Shown here one piece after another: positions 8,739-19,300 of a stretch of 64,000 bases of DNA; position 1 is the first letter of the stretch, and each line of letters begins with the position of its first letter. The notes beneath the pieces are model-generated. The model worked only from the letters and a program-made list of their open reading frames with translations. It was not told where the DNA came from and searched no databases. The DNA lies in the IMG/VR virus record IMGVR_UViG_3300043449_002710, positions 1-64,000 of that record, one strand, 5' to 3'. The position numbers and the translations under genes were made by a program.

Positions 8739-11228
8739 GTGATTGTTTTTTCCAGGTTCCGTGTAACCAACGCAGGCCCGTTTAAAAAGATCGATCTTGA
8801 TTTGAACAAACGAGGTTTGGTCCGGTTAACCGGTCCAAACGGTATAGGCAAATCGAGCGCTTTTCATCTTTTCACTCAGACCATCTATTCGACTAATCCC
8901 AACGGGGCCAAGAAAACAGATCTTCAATTTGAGCACGATGAAAATTTTTTAATCGAGATCACCTTCACTAGAAACCAGTCCGAGTACGTGGCGGCGCAAG
9001 CCATCAAGTCAAAATCCCTTTCACCTGAAGGGAAGAAATACGGCACTGGGGTTTATCTTTTCCGAGATGGTCAAGACATCTCCATGCACCGTGACCCAGA
9101 CACTCAAAAGTTGATTCGTCAAACCTTGGGGTGGTCCTTGGAAGAGTGGTACGGGTATGTCTATCTGGCGCAGAAATCCACGCACACTCTGATCGAGGGC
9201 ACTCGTTCGGAGCGGCAAACTTATCTATCCGCGCTGTTTAATCTCACCCCGCTTGATGTGTTGGCCAAGCATTTCTCAGAACAAGAAAAAGAGATTGCTG
9301 AAAAAATCGAGATCGTAGGGCGGTGCAAAGAAGAATATAATACCAAGATCTCTTTGCTAGCCGGGAGAACCCAAACCGCTTTGCAGCAAAAGCTGCAAGA
9401 GCTGGACTCCAACATTGAGCACCTAGAAGAATCCCTGGAAGTTTTCCAAGCCAAACAGGTCAAGTACGAACGCGCACAGAGTTTGCTAAATGAGATTTCA
9501 GATTTTCCCGATACACGTGAAGTACCTTTACTCGATAATCTCCTTTCAGATTTCAGGGGTCTTCAAGCCGAGTATGAAGCTTATCGGAAAATAAAACGGG
9601 GAATGGAGGAAAAGCTCAATGATTTGGTGGAAGTTCCCAACACTCAGATCCCCCTCGACTTTCAGCATATCCTCCGTTCCCCAGATTATGACGAGGTCGG
9701 TCTTAGACAAGAGCTATCGGCTCTGGATCAGATTCAAAAATCTTTACAGGGTGTGCAAGCTCCGACTGACCCACACCTGCCAGAAGATTATGAGTCAGTA
9801 TTAGCTTCACCTGACATCGATTCTGCCGCTGTCCTTAAAACCACGCAGACGATCGAGGGTAGACCCGCTGCTCCAAAAGAACAGCGACCTCTTCCAGAGC
9901 AGATCGAAATTTATAACAGCTTGGTTTTGTCGCTCACGGAATCCATCGCTAGCCTCAAAGCCGAGATCAAGCCTTTAGAGTTTGGGGGCTCAGTCTGCAC
10001 GACTTGTGGAACCCAGCTTGATTGCGAAGACCGGAGCGAAAAGCTTCAGTCTAAAAAAGAAGAGTTGGCTCAATTTCAAATCGATCTGAAAAAGACGCAA
10101 GCGGATCTAAACGACAGTTTAATTCGGGATAGGTCTTGGAGAGCTTACGATGCGCTGGGGCCGGATCGGTCGCACGAACTTCCCGCACTCAAAGTCTCTC
10201 TGGCTTTGTTTGATAAAAAAACCGCTTACAAAAAGCTTCGAGAACAAAAAGAAGCCTTCAAAAAATACGAGCAGAAGCTTGAAGAACTGAAGAAGATCCC
10301 GCCCCTAAAGGAAAAGCTTTCTCTTTATCAGAAGAAAAAGGAATACCTGAAACTTCAAGAGCAAGCGGCTCAATATCAAAAGTATATCGAAGAAAAGACA
10401 AACTTAGAAAACGAGCTTCAAAAGCTTTCTCTTCAAGGGTTGAAAGACCACTCCAAGGAGATCGAAGCTTTGCAGCAAGAGCACACCCAAGCTTTGAAAC
10501 TAGAGCGGATGGAAGCCGAACTTTTAAAGCTCAAGGGATCACGGGATCAGTCCGCAAAGATCCAAGCCGTCAAAACGGAACTTGCTTCCGCGCAGACGCT
10601 CAAAGGGTCCTTGCAGCAAGAGATCACTGAGATTGAAACTCTTTCAACTTCCATTCAAGACCTTCAAGGCAAGATTGACGCAGGCGAGCCTCTTTATGTG
10701 AGGCAAAAGCTTTATCAGATCCTAGCCAAAGGCTACGGCAAAGCCGGGCAGCTTAGAGAAAGGCAGCTTGCCAAGTTTTCCCACTACCTAGAGCAGGCTC
10801 TGTTGGCCCACACGGCTCGCCAGCTCCCCCAGCACCGCTTTAAGATCGTCGTGGATGATGGGATCGATATCTTGGCGAGCAAGAACGGTGGGAAGCCCTA
10901 TGACGTGAAGTTTATGTCAGGCGGCGAGAAAGGGGCCTTGTCGGTCGCTTTCTTGTTTGCCTTAGACGACCTTCTCCCCCCAGACCGAAGAACCTCGATT
11001 AAGATTTGTGATGAAGTCGAAAGCGCTTTTGACAAAGAGCGAAGAGCCGATTTCATTGCCCACACTTTGCCTGAACTCAGGAAAAGGGCTGAGACGGTGA
11101 TTGTCATTTCCCATGCTTCTGAAGCCAACGACTCTTTGTTTGACGCCACCTGGGAAGTGAAAAACGGAAGCATCGTGGAGAAAGTTTCTGAAAGAAGAGA
11201 ATTTGAATTTGAGGAGATGGAATTATGA
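8739..11228 (+). CDS. sbcC: SbcC/Rad50-like (gp46-type) recombination ATPase
   Basis: Walker A GPNGIGKS, coiled coils, zinc hook CTTC, signature MSGGE, Walker B ICDE and H-loop VISH. Confidence 0.9.
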   Translation: MIVFSRFRVTNAGPFKKIDLDLNKRGLVRLTGPNGIGKSSAFHLFTQTIYSTNPNGAKKTDLQFEHDENFLIEITFTRNQSEYVAAQAIKSKSLSPEGKKYGTGVYLFRDGQDISMHRDPDTQKLIRQTLGWSLEEWYGYVYLAQKSTHTLIEGTRSERQTYLSALFNLTPLDVLAKHFSEQEKEIAEKIEIVGRCKEEYNTKISLLAGRTQTALQQKLQELDSNIEHLEESLEVFQAKQVKYERAQSLLNEISDFPDTREVPLLDNLLSDFRGLQAEYEAYRKIKRGMEEKLNDLVEVPNTQIPLDFQHILRSPDYDEVGLRQELSALDQIQKSLQGVQAPTDPHLPEDYESVLASPDIDSAAVLKTTQTIEGRPAAPKEQRPLPEQIEIYNSLVLSLTESIASLKAEIKPLEFGGSVCTTCGTQLDCEDRSEKLQSKKEELAQFQIDLKKTQADLNDSLIRDRSWRAYDALGPDRSHELPALKVSLALFDKKTAYKKLREQKEAFKKYEQKLEELKKIPPLKEKLSLYQKKKEYLKLQEQAAQYQKYIEEKTNLENELQKLSLQGLKDHSKEIEALQQEHTQALKLERMEAELLKLKGSRDQSAKIQAVKTELASAQTLKGSLQQEITEIETLSTSIQDLQGKIDAGEPLYVRQKLYQILAKGYGKAGQLRERQLAKFSHYLEQALLAHTARQLPQHRFKIVVDDGIDILASKNGGKPYDVKFMSGGEKGALSVAFLFALDDLLPPDRRTSIKICDEVESAFDKERRADFIAHTLPELRKRAETVIVISHASEANDSLFDATWEVKNGSIVEKVSERREFEFEEMEL

Positions 11229-11503
11229 AGTTACAAGAGTTTAGAAAACAAGCTTGTGTCGGTCAGAAGTGGGCGATCTACCACCATATCTTGGATAAAA
11301 ATCTTGGCGAGCGAGAAATCTCCAGACTCATTCCTCGCGGTGTGGCTTTTAAAGACGACAAGGGAGAACTCTTGCTCTACTACCCTAAGCCCACCTCCGT
11401 TTACTCCTCTTGGAAATCCGTGGATGAGAATACGTTTCAGATCTATCAGCAAAAGGAATTGGTGATGACTTACAAGAGATTGTGTGGGGACGACCTGCAG
11501 TAG
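11225..11503 (+). CDS. hypothetical protein
   Basis: ATGA-coupled to sbcC. Confidence 0.65.
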   Translation: MKLQEFRKQACVGQKWAIYHHILDKNLGEREISRLIPRGVAFKDDKGELLLYYPKPTSVYSSWKSVDENTFQIYQQKELVMTYKRLCGDDLQ

Positions 11504-11975
11504 GAGGATTGATTTTTTGGGAACAAATTTTTACGTTCGTGGGTTTAAAAGTTCGGATTACCCAGGCGGGCATCTTGGAAAAAGAAGCGCGAGTGGGCTA
11601 TTCTGTTGGACCTGTCAGGTTTCTCTTTTTAAGACAGAGAAAAAATGCTTCCAGTGTGGAGCCGAATACCAAGAGAACTTTGAGGACAGTTCGGTCGGAA
11701 GAGAGCTTGGGTTTAATATAAAACAACCTGCGGTTAAGACGGGTGTGGCCTCTTGCTCTTCTTTCACATGGGCGATTGAACCTGAGGATCTAGAACTTTG
11801 CTTGGAGAAATATGGGGGTGGCCTTACTTGCCCTTGTTGTGACCGAAGGTATGAAGACATCGGCAAAGTGATTGAAGACGAGTACGGTCGTCTTTACTCC
11901 TTGGAGGAGTTCAAGCAAGTGCTGTTAGAGTGTCCGATTGAGTATTTGGATATGGTGGGGAAAGTCTTTTTTTAA
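11484..11975 (+). CDS. hypothetical zinc-ribbon protein
   Basis: CxxC pairs; IEDEYG motif. Confidence 0.65.
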   Translation: MGTTCSRRIDFLGTNFYVRGFKSSDYPGGHLGKRSASGLFCWTCQVSLFKTEKKCFQCGAEYQENFEDSSVGRELGFNIKQPAVKTGVASCSSFTWAIEPEDLELCLEKYGGGLTCPCCDRRYEDIGKVIEDEYGRLYSLEEFKQVLLECPIEYLDMVGKVFF

Positions 11976-11977
11976 AG

Positions 11978-12011
11978 TGGAGCTGGTGATAGGGGTCGAA
12001 CCTACGGCCTG
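11978..12011 (-). pseudogene. 3' fragment of a tRNA (T-arm, acceptor strand and CCA), Thr-like
   Basis: Minus strand reads GTAGGTTCGACCCCTAT-CACCAGC-T-CCA; no matching 5' half upstream. Confidence 0.65.
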
Positions 12012-12068
12012 TCAAAACCCCATAAAATTTTTAGCGTAGAGCACATTTGGTTATTGCCATAAATAAAA

Positions 12069-12154
12069 TGGAGCTACGGGCGAGATTCGAACTCGCGTGG
12101 GCTTTCGCCGCTGGTTTACAAAACCAGTCCAATCAACCACTATGGGACCGTAGC
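12069..12154 (-). tRNA. trnT: tRNA-Thr(UGU) with a long variable arm
   Basis: Acceptor GCTACGG/CCGTAGC-T-CCA, anticodon arm CTGGT-TT(TGT)AA-ACCAG, V-arm GGC-GAAA-GCC, T-arm GCGAG-TTCGAAT-CTCGC. Confidence 0.85.
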
Positions 12155-12230
12155 GATGTGCTAATAGCTTGTATCACAAGATGATTTTAGTAAAGAGCAA
12201 AAAGGCCCATAAGTTTAGACTTGAGTAATT

Positions 12231-12587
12231 ATGAAAGTAAATGAATCGTTCGATCCAGAGTTAAAAGCCGCCATGGAAGAGATAAAACCCATATTGGAAA
12301 AATACGATTGTATGGCTAGTATGGTTCTCATCTCTCCTACCCATAGTGAATTTTTGTATCATCTCACTACTTCATGGTCGGTCATGAAATTGGAATCCGA
12401 GAGTTTGAGATTCAGAAGCAAGAAAGAAGATTGGCCGTCTGTAGAGATTCAAAATGAGGCAACTCAGAGCAGCGTTCACGCGCTCACAACCATTATCGAA
12501 TGGACTCGCAAGACCAATTCGGCATTTAGAAGCATTGTCGAACAACTCGGTAAACACATGAAGATCGCCTGGGAGACTTGGGAATGA
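12231..12587 (+). CDS. hypothetical phage protein
   Basis: Clean 118-aa ORF. Confidence 0.7.
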   Translation: MKVNESFDPELKAAMEEIKPILEKYDCMASMVLISPTHSEFLYHLTTSWSVMKLESESLRFRSKKEDWPSVEIQNEATQSSVHALTTIIEWTRKTNSAFRSIVEQLGKHMKIAWETWE

Positions 12588-12776
12588 TTGTGTCTCACTG
12601 TCCTGAAGAAATTGCCCGCGCCGCGCTGGAAATGATGGAACGCCACTCCGACATACCGTCAATGCAATCTACCGCACCCCATCCCAACGGATGCGCTACG
12701 AGGCTTCCATGATTGACAGTAAGGATGCCGCTATCCGAGCGCTTCGAGCTGCCTTGGGTGGTGAGGTCTTACTGTC

Positions 12777-13019
12777 ATGAAATTCAGAAAGAAGCCAGTC
12801 ATCATCGAAGCCATGCAGTTTGACGGGAGTGATAAAAGCGCCCTAGAAATTTGTTTCTGGTCCGGAATGTCATCTCTTTTCGATGAAGGCACACTAAAGA
12901 TTGAAACTCTTGAAGGAACCCTGACGGCTAGCCCAGGCGATTGGATTATCAAAGGCATCAAAGGGGAATTTTATCCATGCAAGCCGGATATCTTTGAATC
13001 GACCTACGAGGCTGTGTAG
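12777..13019 (+). CDS. conserved small phage protein (RKKPV...TLEG...GDWIIKG...FYPCKPDIF family)
   Basis: Recognisable motif set of a widespread phage family. Confidence 0.85.
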   Translation: MKFRKKPVIIEAMQFDGSDKSALEICFWSGMSSLFDEGTLKIETLEGTLTASPGDWIIKGIKGEFYPCKPDIFESTYEAV

Positions 13020-13332
13020 AGGAGACTCTAAATTGACCTATCGATTCGTGGCTGCAGTCGAGCATTACCCTAATTGCAGGTCGTGTGACTGTGGCTACGC
13101 TTCGGGCCTTCGGTTCTTCAAGTCCCTCCGCGAAGTCCTAGAGTGGGCAAAAGAAAACCGGCGTGACTATGCTTTGTCTGAAGTCTACGGCGTTAAAACC
13201 GGGAGAGTCCGGTTTGAAGTCGGGTACGAACTCGGGAGGCATTGCTGTACTGGGGTTACTTTTAAAGCTAAGGGGCTTTCAATTCGCACCATCGATAACG
13301 GCAAGGGGGATCTGATATGGGCAGCGGAGTAG
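12994..13332 (+). CDS. hypothetical protein
   Basis: ORF in the operon; start uncertain. Confidence 0.45.
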   Translation: MNRPTRLCRGDSKLTYRFVAAVEHYPNCRSCDCGYASGLRFFKSLREVLEWAKENRRDYALSEVYGVKTGRVRFEVGYELGRHCCTGVTFKAKGLSIRTIDNGKGDLIWAAE

Positions 13333-13541
13333 AGAAAAGGATGCCTTGGGACTTAGACCCCCTTCAGCTTAATTGGTTCGGTATGGCTATTGGGGCAGGG
13401 TTTTCCATCACAACCCCTCTCTTTAGGTTGCGTTATGCCGACCCTGAAGTGTATCGTTGTTTCTCTCTTGTGATCCATTTCATGGGATTTCAGCTTTGCA
13501 TCACAATCCCTCTTTGGATCGAGTACAGTGGCATGAGGTGA
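13317..13541 (+). CDS. hypothetical hydrophobic protein
   Basis: ORF in the operon with an AGGGG RBS. Confidence 0.5.
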   Translation: MGSGVEKRMPWDLDPLQLNWFGMAIGAGFSITTPLFRLRYADPEVYRCFSLVIHFMGFQLCITIPLWIEYSGMR

Positions 13542-13548
13542 GGTTCTT

Positions 13549-13622
13549 TGGGGAATCGTCCAATGGCAGGACACCAGATTTTGATTCTGGTTATCTAGGT
13601 TCGAATCCTAGTTCCCCAACCA
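13549..13622 (+). tRNA. trnQ: tRNA-Gln(UUG)
   Basis: Acceptor TGGGGAA/TTCCCCA, anticodon arm CCAGA-TT(TTG)AT-TCTGG, TTCGAAT T-loop and encoded CCA. Confidence 0.95.
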
Positions 13623-13644
13623 ACTGCTCTCATTCTTAGCCACT

Positions 13645-13830
13645 CTAATTCGAAGTAAAGGTTTGGCTAGCTTCATCGTATCTCCAGCCAATATGAGGGA
13701 TAACTTCTAAGTGATCCACTCGGATGCAGTGATCCCAGTCTTTAAACAATTCAAGGACACTAGGATCATCAATGACTATGATGTTTTTAATGACTCCATC
13801 TTTAATTAAAGCGTAGTTCATTTTATTCAA
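13645..13830 (-). CDS. small tail-fibre-associated protein
   Basis: YALIKDGVIKNIIV...IGWRYD...F pattern, typical of the small gene next to Gly-rich fibre genes. Confidence 0.75.
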   Translation of the reverse strand: MNKMNYALIKDGVIKNIIVIDDPSVLELFKDWDHCIRVDHLEVIPHIGWRYDEASQTFTSN

Positions 13831-14743
13831 TCCATTCGATCACGATAAGACCCGCAGAACCTGCGTAGCCCCCACCACCAAGGTAACCGTTGCTTGCGGA
13901 ACCAGCACCGCCAATACCGCCGCCTCCACCGCCCCCACCTCGACCCAAAGTGCCTGCACCAACGCTCGTAGCATCCGCTCCGGTTCCAATCCCATAACCC
14001 GCGCCACCACCTTGACCCCCACCACCGCTTGGGGTTCCCAACCCAAATTGATTAAATGTGTCTACCAACGCAGCCGAACCCCCAGCCCCGCCTGAGGGCT
14101 GAGACCCATTGTTCAGACTCGTAGCTAGGGTGGCTCGACTTCCTCCGAAACGATCATAAACAGAACTGCCACTCAAGGCAGAGCTTCCACCACCTCCGAT
14201 CCCCGTAGCTCCGGCACCGGCTGTTGCGGCTGAAGAAAAAGCCGCAGCTTCTCCGTAATGGTTTGTGTTGGTGCTGCCTGCTGTGCCACCGGTTCCATTA
14301 CCCGCAACGTTACGACTACTTCCCCCAGATCCGCCAGTGCCCCCAGGTGCTCCTACCCCGGTGGAGAAATGACTGAAGGTCACAACGCCTTGAATGCTAC
14401 TGTAACCCCCATTACCCCCATTACCCCCACTACCACCCGAAGTAGGCCCACTATAAGAACCGCTAGAACCATAGCTCCCACCTGTACCGCCAGCCCCGAT
14501 GGTTATGGTGTAGCTTGTGCCGGGTGTAAGAGTGACCGCGACTCTTTGAAGCTGGCAAGAGGCTCCCGCACCGCCACCGCCACCCCCACCGCCATAAGCA
14601 CCACTCACAGACGAACCCCCACCGCCTCCACCGCCTCCACCACCACCCGCACCCGGCCTACCGTAAACAATGTATTCGGTGATGCCTGCTGGGGCAGTGA
14701 AAGTTCCAGAAGACTGAAATATTTTTCTAGTGATCTTACTCAT
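13823..14743 (-). CDS. glycine-rich tail-fibre-like protein
   Basis: SSGTFTAPAG...GAGGGGG...TPGTSYTITIGAGG...GLIVIEW. Confidence 0.85.
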   Translation of the reverse strand: MSKITRKIFQSSGTFTAPAGITEYIVYGRPGAGGGGGGGGGGGSSVSGAYGGGGGGGGAGASCQLQRVAVTLTPGTSYTITIGAGGTGGSYGSSGSYSGPTSGGSGGNGGNGGYSSIQGVVTFSHFSTGVGAPGGTGGSGGSSRNVAGNGTGGTAGSTNTNHYGEAAAFSSAATAGAGATGIGGGGSSALSGSSVYDRFGGSRATLATSLNNGSQPSGGAGGSAALVDTFNQFGLGTPSGGGGQGGGAGYGIGTGADATSVGAGTLGRGGGGGGGGIGGAGSASNGYLGGGGYAGSAGLIVIEWIE

Positions 14744-14748
14744 TGTTG

Positions 14749-15201
14749 TTACACCATGAACCAATCTGTACCGTTACAGATAAAATTCCAAACACCCCAA
14801 TTTGTCCCTAAATACCTATTCGCGTTTACTCCATCTATTTTGTTTGTCCCTGCTGGAACAAGAGTAATGTTATTGGCTGAAGCTGTCCCTATAGAATCTT
14901 TGATTATGACTAGCATCCCAGAAGAGCTAGCAGCACTAGGGAGGTTGATCGTTTTTGCAGAAGATGTATTTACTAAATAGTAGCCTGCGGAAGTAATCCA
15001 ATAAGGGGTTGACGTGACCGAAATCAAGTTAATCGATCCACCCCCGGATAAATTCCCATCCACGATCGCTTGCTTCAGCGTCTTGTTGAGAGAATTGGCT
15101 GTAATAAAGATCTTATCGTCATTAGGTAGATTAGATGCCGTCAGCCCCTGGGACTGAAGTTCTGTGACGCTTTTAATATCTTCATTTTGGATTTTGGACA
15201 T
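14749..15201 (-). CDS. tail-fibre/virion-associated protein
   Basis: TINLPSAA...IIKDS.G.ASANNIT...IDG...W domain typical of phage fibre proteins. Confidence 0.75.
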   Translation of the reverse strand: MSKIQNEDIKSVTELQSQGLTASNLPNDDKIFITANSLNKTLKQAIVDGNLSGGGSINLISVTSTPYWITSAGYYLVNTSSAKTINLPSAASSSGMLVIIKDSIGTASANNITLVPAGTNKIDGVNANRYLGTNWGVWNFICNGTDWFMV

Positions 15202-15255
15202 ATTTATTAAAATAATACCTTTTAGTGCGACTTTTTGCTAACATCTTAAGTAAGA

Positions 15256-15798
15256 ATGATGCTTCAAAATCCCTTAGTGCTCCAAGCGAGAGAGTTTGCC
15301 GAAAGCGCCCATCAAAACCAAAAACGAAAATATACGGGGCTACCTTATTTCACTCATTGTGAGGAAGTCGCTCAGATCGTGGCTTTTCACCAAGGCACCC
15401 CAGAGGAGATCGCGGCAGCCTACTTGCACGATACTGTCGAAGATTGTAATGTGACTTTGGATGAGATCGAAGCCTCTTTCGGAAAAGAGGTCAGAGATCT
15501 CGTCGATCAGCTCACGGATGTCTCTCGGCCCGAGGATGGTAATCGCGCCAAGCGTAAGGCCATGGATCGTGAACACTACCGAAATGCTTCTCCTGGGGCT
15601 TGTACGATTAAGCTTGCGGATCTGATCTCCAACAGCCGCACCCTTGCCGAGCACGACCCGAAATTCGCTAAAGTCTATTTTGCTGAGAAGAAGCAATTGC
15701 TTCCGTTCTTAGCTTCAGGGCACCCGAGCCTTCTGGCTCAGGCTGAGTTTTTGCTCTGGACACACTTGATTATCGATGACGAGGCCCACCATGTCTAA
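15256..15798 (+). CDS. HD-domain (p)ppGpp hydrolase-like protein (small alarmone hydrolase/Mesh1-like)
   Basis: Motifs AH.NQKRK...PYFTH, AAYLHDTVED and IKLADLISN. Confidence 0.9.
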   Translation: MMLQNPLVLQAREFAESAHQNQKRKYTGLPYFTHCEEVAQIVAFHQGTPEEIAAAYLHDTVEDCNVTLDEIEASFGKEVRDLVDQLTDVSRPEDGNRAKRKAMDREHYRNASPGACTIKLADLISNSRTLAEHDPKFAKVYFAEKKQLLPFLASGHPSLLAQAEFLLWTHLIIDDEAHHV

Positions 15799-16033
15799 AA
15801 AGAAAAAAGAAGCCGTGACAGCTCGGTTTGATCAGGGCTATTGGATCTGCGACACCTGCGCCAAAGAGCGCGGCGGCAAATGGCCCGAAGGCCATGTCGC
15901 CACTCTTGCTGTGAAAAAGTGCGGCTACTGCGATGGAAAAAACCACGGCGTCAAAGAGGCAATTGCTCCGTGGGTGGATTATAACTGGACGAATAAAGAA
16001 TTAACTCATATCGCAAAAGTGCGCCGAGACTAA
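15791..16033 (+). CDS. small Cys-containing hypothetical protein
   Basis: CxxC twice; GAGG RBS. Confidence 0.6.
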   Translation: MSKKKKEAVTARFDQGYWICDTCAKERGGKWPEGHVATLAVKKCGYCDGKNHGVKEAIAPWVDYNWTNKELTHIAKVRRD

Positions 16034-16242
16034 AAAACAAAGATCGGATCGAAATTACTGCTCACGTCAAAATGTAATTTCATGTCATCTCGAATGACAA
16101 ATACGTTGCCCGATTCGAGAGCACAGACAAAGCCGTTTCCTTCCTTGTACTGGGATTTGAGATGCTGCACCAAATCCGAAGCAGAGTTGAAAACGTATTG
16201 CTTAAACAGAGAATCCGATTGTTTCTCGAACAACTGAATCAT
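16030..16242 (-). CDS. hypothetical protein
   Basis: AAGGTG RBS. Confidence 0.55.
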   Translation of the reverse strand: MIQLFEKQSDSLFKQYVFNSASDLVQHLKSQYKEGNGFVCALESGNVFVIRDDMKLHFDVSSNFDPIFVF

Positions 16243-16322
16243 ACGGCACCTTTATCTGAGGAGTGAAGATTTAATCTTCAGACAAAAATGGCGCACCGTA
16301 AAGACGGTTGCTGAAATTTATT

Positions 16323-19300
16323 TCACAACAAATCTAGTCCAGATTGAGCACGCTTCTGGTTTAAGATCCCAGCCACGCTCTTTCGATAATCTTCCGTAAG
16401 TTGCAGATCCAAAAGGATTTTGGACAACAGTTCTTGGAAGTCTTGGAAAGTGACGCAGCCCATTGCTTTCCCTTCTTGCTGAAATACCTGAGCGCGTTTA
16501 GCGTCATCTAAACTGAAATCATCGAGGGGGGTTGGGAGAACGTGCTCGGGCAGATCCCAATCTTTCTTCTTGGCGGCCAAAATTTGATGAGCTTCAATCG
16601 GTGTGTGTTCTGGGTAGGTATCTCCGTTAAGCTGAGATAAAGCGCTGAGTTTTTGATCTTCAGGTATCAAGAATCTTTTGGAGTTCGCTACACTTCGAGT
16701 CAAACCACTCAGGGTTGGCGTATCCGAGCTGGAGTAATTGCTCTCGGTTTTCTCGGAGATTTCGAAGCGCTCTAGCCACGCTTTCTCGTTCTCTTGGCGA
16801 GAGGGGTTCGCGCTCGTCGATAGATTTGCTTTCGATGATTTTTCGGTCTTCCATCTTGTCCTCATTCTATCACAAGCGTCTTTTGACGCAACAGCTAATA
16901 AACTTTCGCTATTTTCTAAACAACCGTCTAAATCTTGGACAGCCGCTTGGGTTTTCGATTCCTTAAGGATTTGATCCACCAAGGAAGCTTTGGCTGGCAA
17001 GACCTCTACAACAATCCCGCCTAAGATTTTCTTAGTCCTGCCTTTAATTTTATAAGCCACTTTTTTAGCTAGATTCGAATCCCTGAAATACAGGTGGTGT
17101 TTCAAAACTTGCGCTTTGGGTTTTTTACCGAGCGGAATCAGGATTTGATTTCCACCATCCACGTCTTCTCCGGTAACGAGCACTCCATCAAAGCCTTTCT
17201 TTTTGGCTAGATCTGAAATATCCCAGCCGTCAATCTCACCTTCGAAAAGAGGATTTTTACCTTTGCTAGTAAACTCAGAATCCCAAAGACCTTGGGTATT
17301 TTCGTCGTTGATCTCAGCGAGCCGATTGAAAGTCAGGTTGTACTCCGTGACAATCATCCAATTTTCTGGGTTATCGTCTTCTTCGTAATCTGGATCTGCC
17401 CAATCCATTGTGGTGGGCAAGGCTTCTTCTGCTGGCCGCAGATAGGTTCCTTGGCCCAACACCCCATCTCCTGGGTAGTAGGGATCGGCCTGAGAAATGA
17501 GAATGTCTCGCACAAAGCGCCAAGCCTTCAAGGTCCTAGGCTCGGCTTTGCTTTCGACTTTTCTTTTTTCCCAAAAACGCTTTGCATCCATCGAGCGGTC
17601 TTCGCTAGGTTCCACAGACAGCCCACGATCCTCCTCGACCAGATCCATCATTTTGGACATGAGGCCTTGGCGTCGATAGCTATCGAGAACCCACATATTT
17701 TCAGACGTGAAATGACTCTCGTGCTCACTAAGCCTGAGCCCAGCCACGATATCTTGATCTCGGATGGCAAGCACTCGGAAGCATCGCTCACCCTCGTAAG
17801 AACCGTAGCCACCCACCAAGCGGAAGCCGTTCCAGTTCTCGTCAAAATGGATTTCTGTTATTTCTTCTTCGATGATTTTTTCAAGCCCAGAAAACACACA
17901 CGCAGCCACCACCTCGGGCAAGAGCACCTTCATGTAGTGGTTGAGTTCCTTGAGCTGGTTGCGACAATCGACCAAGGCGTCATGGATGTTTTCCTCGTCG
18001 TAGCCTGCAAGCTCTTTTCTGTCTTCCTTGGCCCCAGTCCGGTGGCGTGCCATGGCTTTCAAGGGGTTGAGATCGAACGTCTCATAGTGGAAGGTGCCCG
18101 GGATTGGCCCCCCATCTCCAATGTCAGCTCGATCCAAAAGGCCATTCTCGTACAAGAAGGCAAGATCTGTGTGAACGCAATCTCCGCAAGGGGTCACCTT
18201 GCCTTTGAGTTCCCCAAGCCAGTCACAGATCTTTTCTTTAGCTTCCCCAGGCTGAAGGTTGGATTCGTTGCAGCGCTCAAAGATATGCTCTAGGTGCTCT
18301 CGGTGGAAATCATTCTCAGGCTTCCCATCGTGTCTGAGGTACAAGACCAAAGGCTCGCCCACCTCTTCGTACTGGTTGTCCTTGAGCTTGAGTTTGAGCA
18401 TCGCGATCTGAAGAAGCTTGTCGCGGCTTGGGATGACGCCTGTCATCTCGCAATCTAGCATCAAGAGATCTTCGGGGAGAAAACCAGACGATGTTTCATC
18501 GAGAGTAGCTGTCGTAGTATATTTTCCAAAAGGACGATTTGGTTGAGCCCACAATTTCTTTGCGTCCTCAGTACGGTCGTCGGATGGGATGAGTTTTCTG
18601 CCAGAAGCTTTCTCGGCATGGAGATACATAGCGGTCGCTATTCCTTGCCGCTGAAAATCTTCTAGAACATAGGTCCCAGCGTCCAAACTAAATTCTATTG
18701 CGTCTTTATCAGAGATGGGTTGAATCGTTTCTTGATCTAAAACCCTAAAAGCAGAGTATCCAACCTCTTTATTTTTAAAATTAGCCCAAACGCAAAATAT
18801 ACCGTTTGTATCTGCTAAAGTATTAAAAAGGTTGTAGCGCCCGTGTTTGGTTTTGATTTTTAATACAGGCTCTTTTTTCTTAGAAATTGCTGCTTTGACT
18901 TTGAGATCGAGATCCTTGAGAAAATACCCTTCGCCGTTAAAAAGAGCGTTGGCCCAAGGAAGGGAAACCACAAACGCATCGATCGTTTTTCTTTTCTTTT
19001 CGTAAGCTGTGATGAGCCTATGCGATCCGTCGAGAACCGAATAGTAATCCCCTACCTTAGCCACGATAATAGGATTTTTTAGGTGTTCTTCTTCGACCCT
19101 TCTACCGTGATCAAAGACTTCGAAATTTTCAGCGACAAACTCCATGGGGAACGAAACGGTTTTTCCAGCCGATACCGCTTTATCCCACTTGTCTCTAAAG
19201 ATAGCCTCTTCTTCTGGGGGAACATTTCCATCGTCGTCCATATCCGCGATCATCAGAAGAACAGAAAAGGCATCTTCCAAATCGGGCTGATAGGGCTTTA

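Noticed and set aside
12069-12154. Calling this tRNA Tyr(GUA) because of the long variable arm
   Set aside because: The paired stem CTGGT/ACCAG centres TGT; a GTA register would break the stem.
14258-14980. 240-aa Thr/Pro-rich plus-strand ORF
   Set aside because: Antisense reading of the Gly-rich fibre gene.
17292-18293. 333-aa plus-strand ORF opposite the polyvalent gene
   Set aside because: Antisense shadow; the minus frame encodes clear GNAT/DEDDh domains there.
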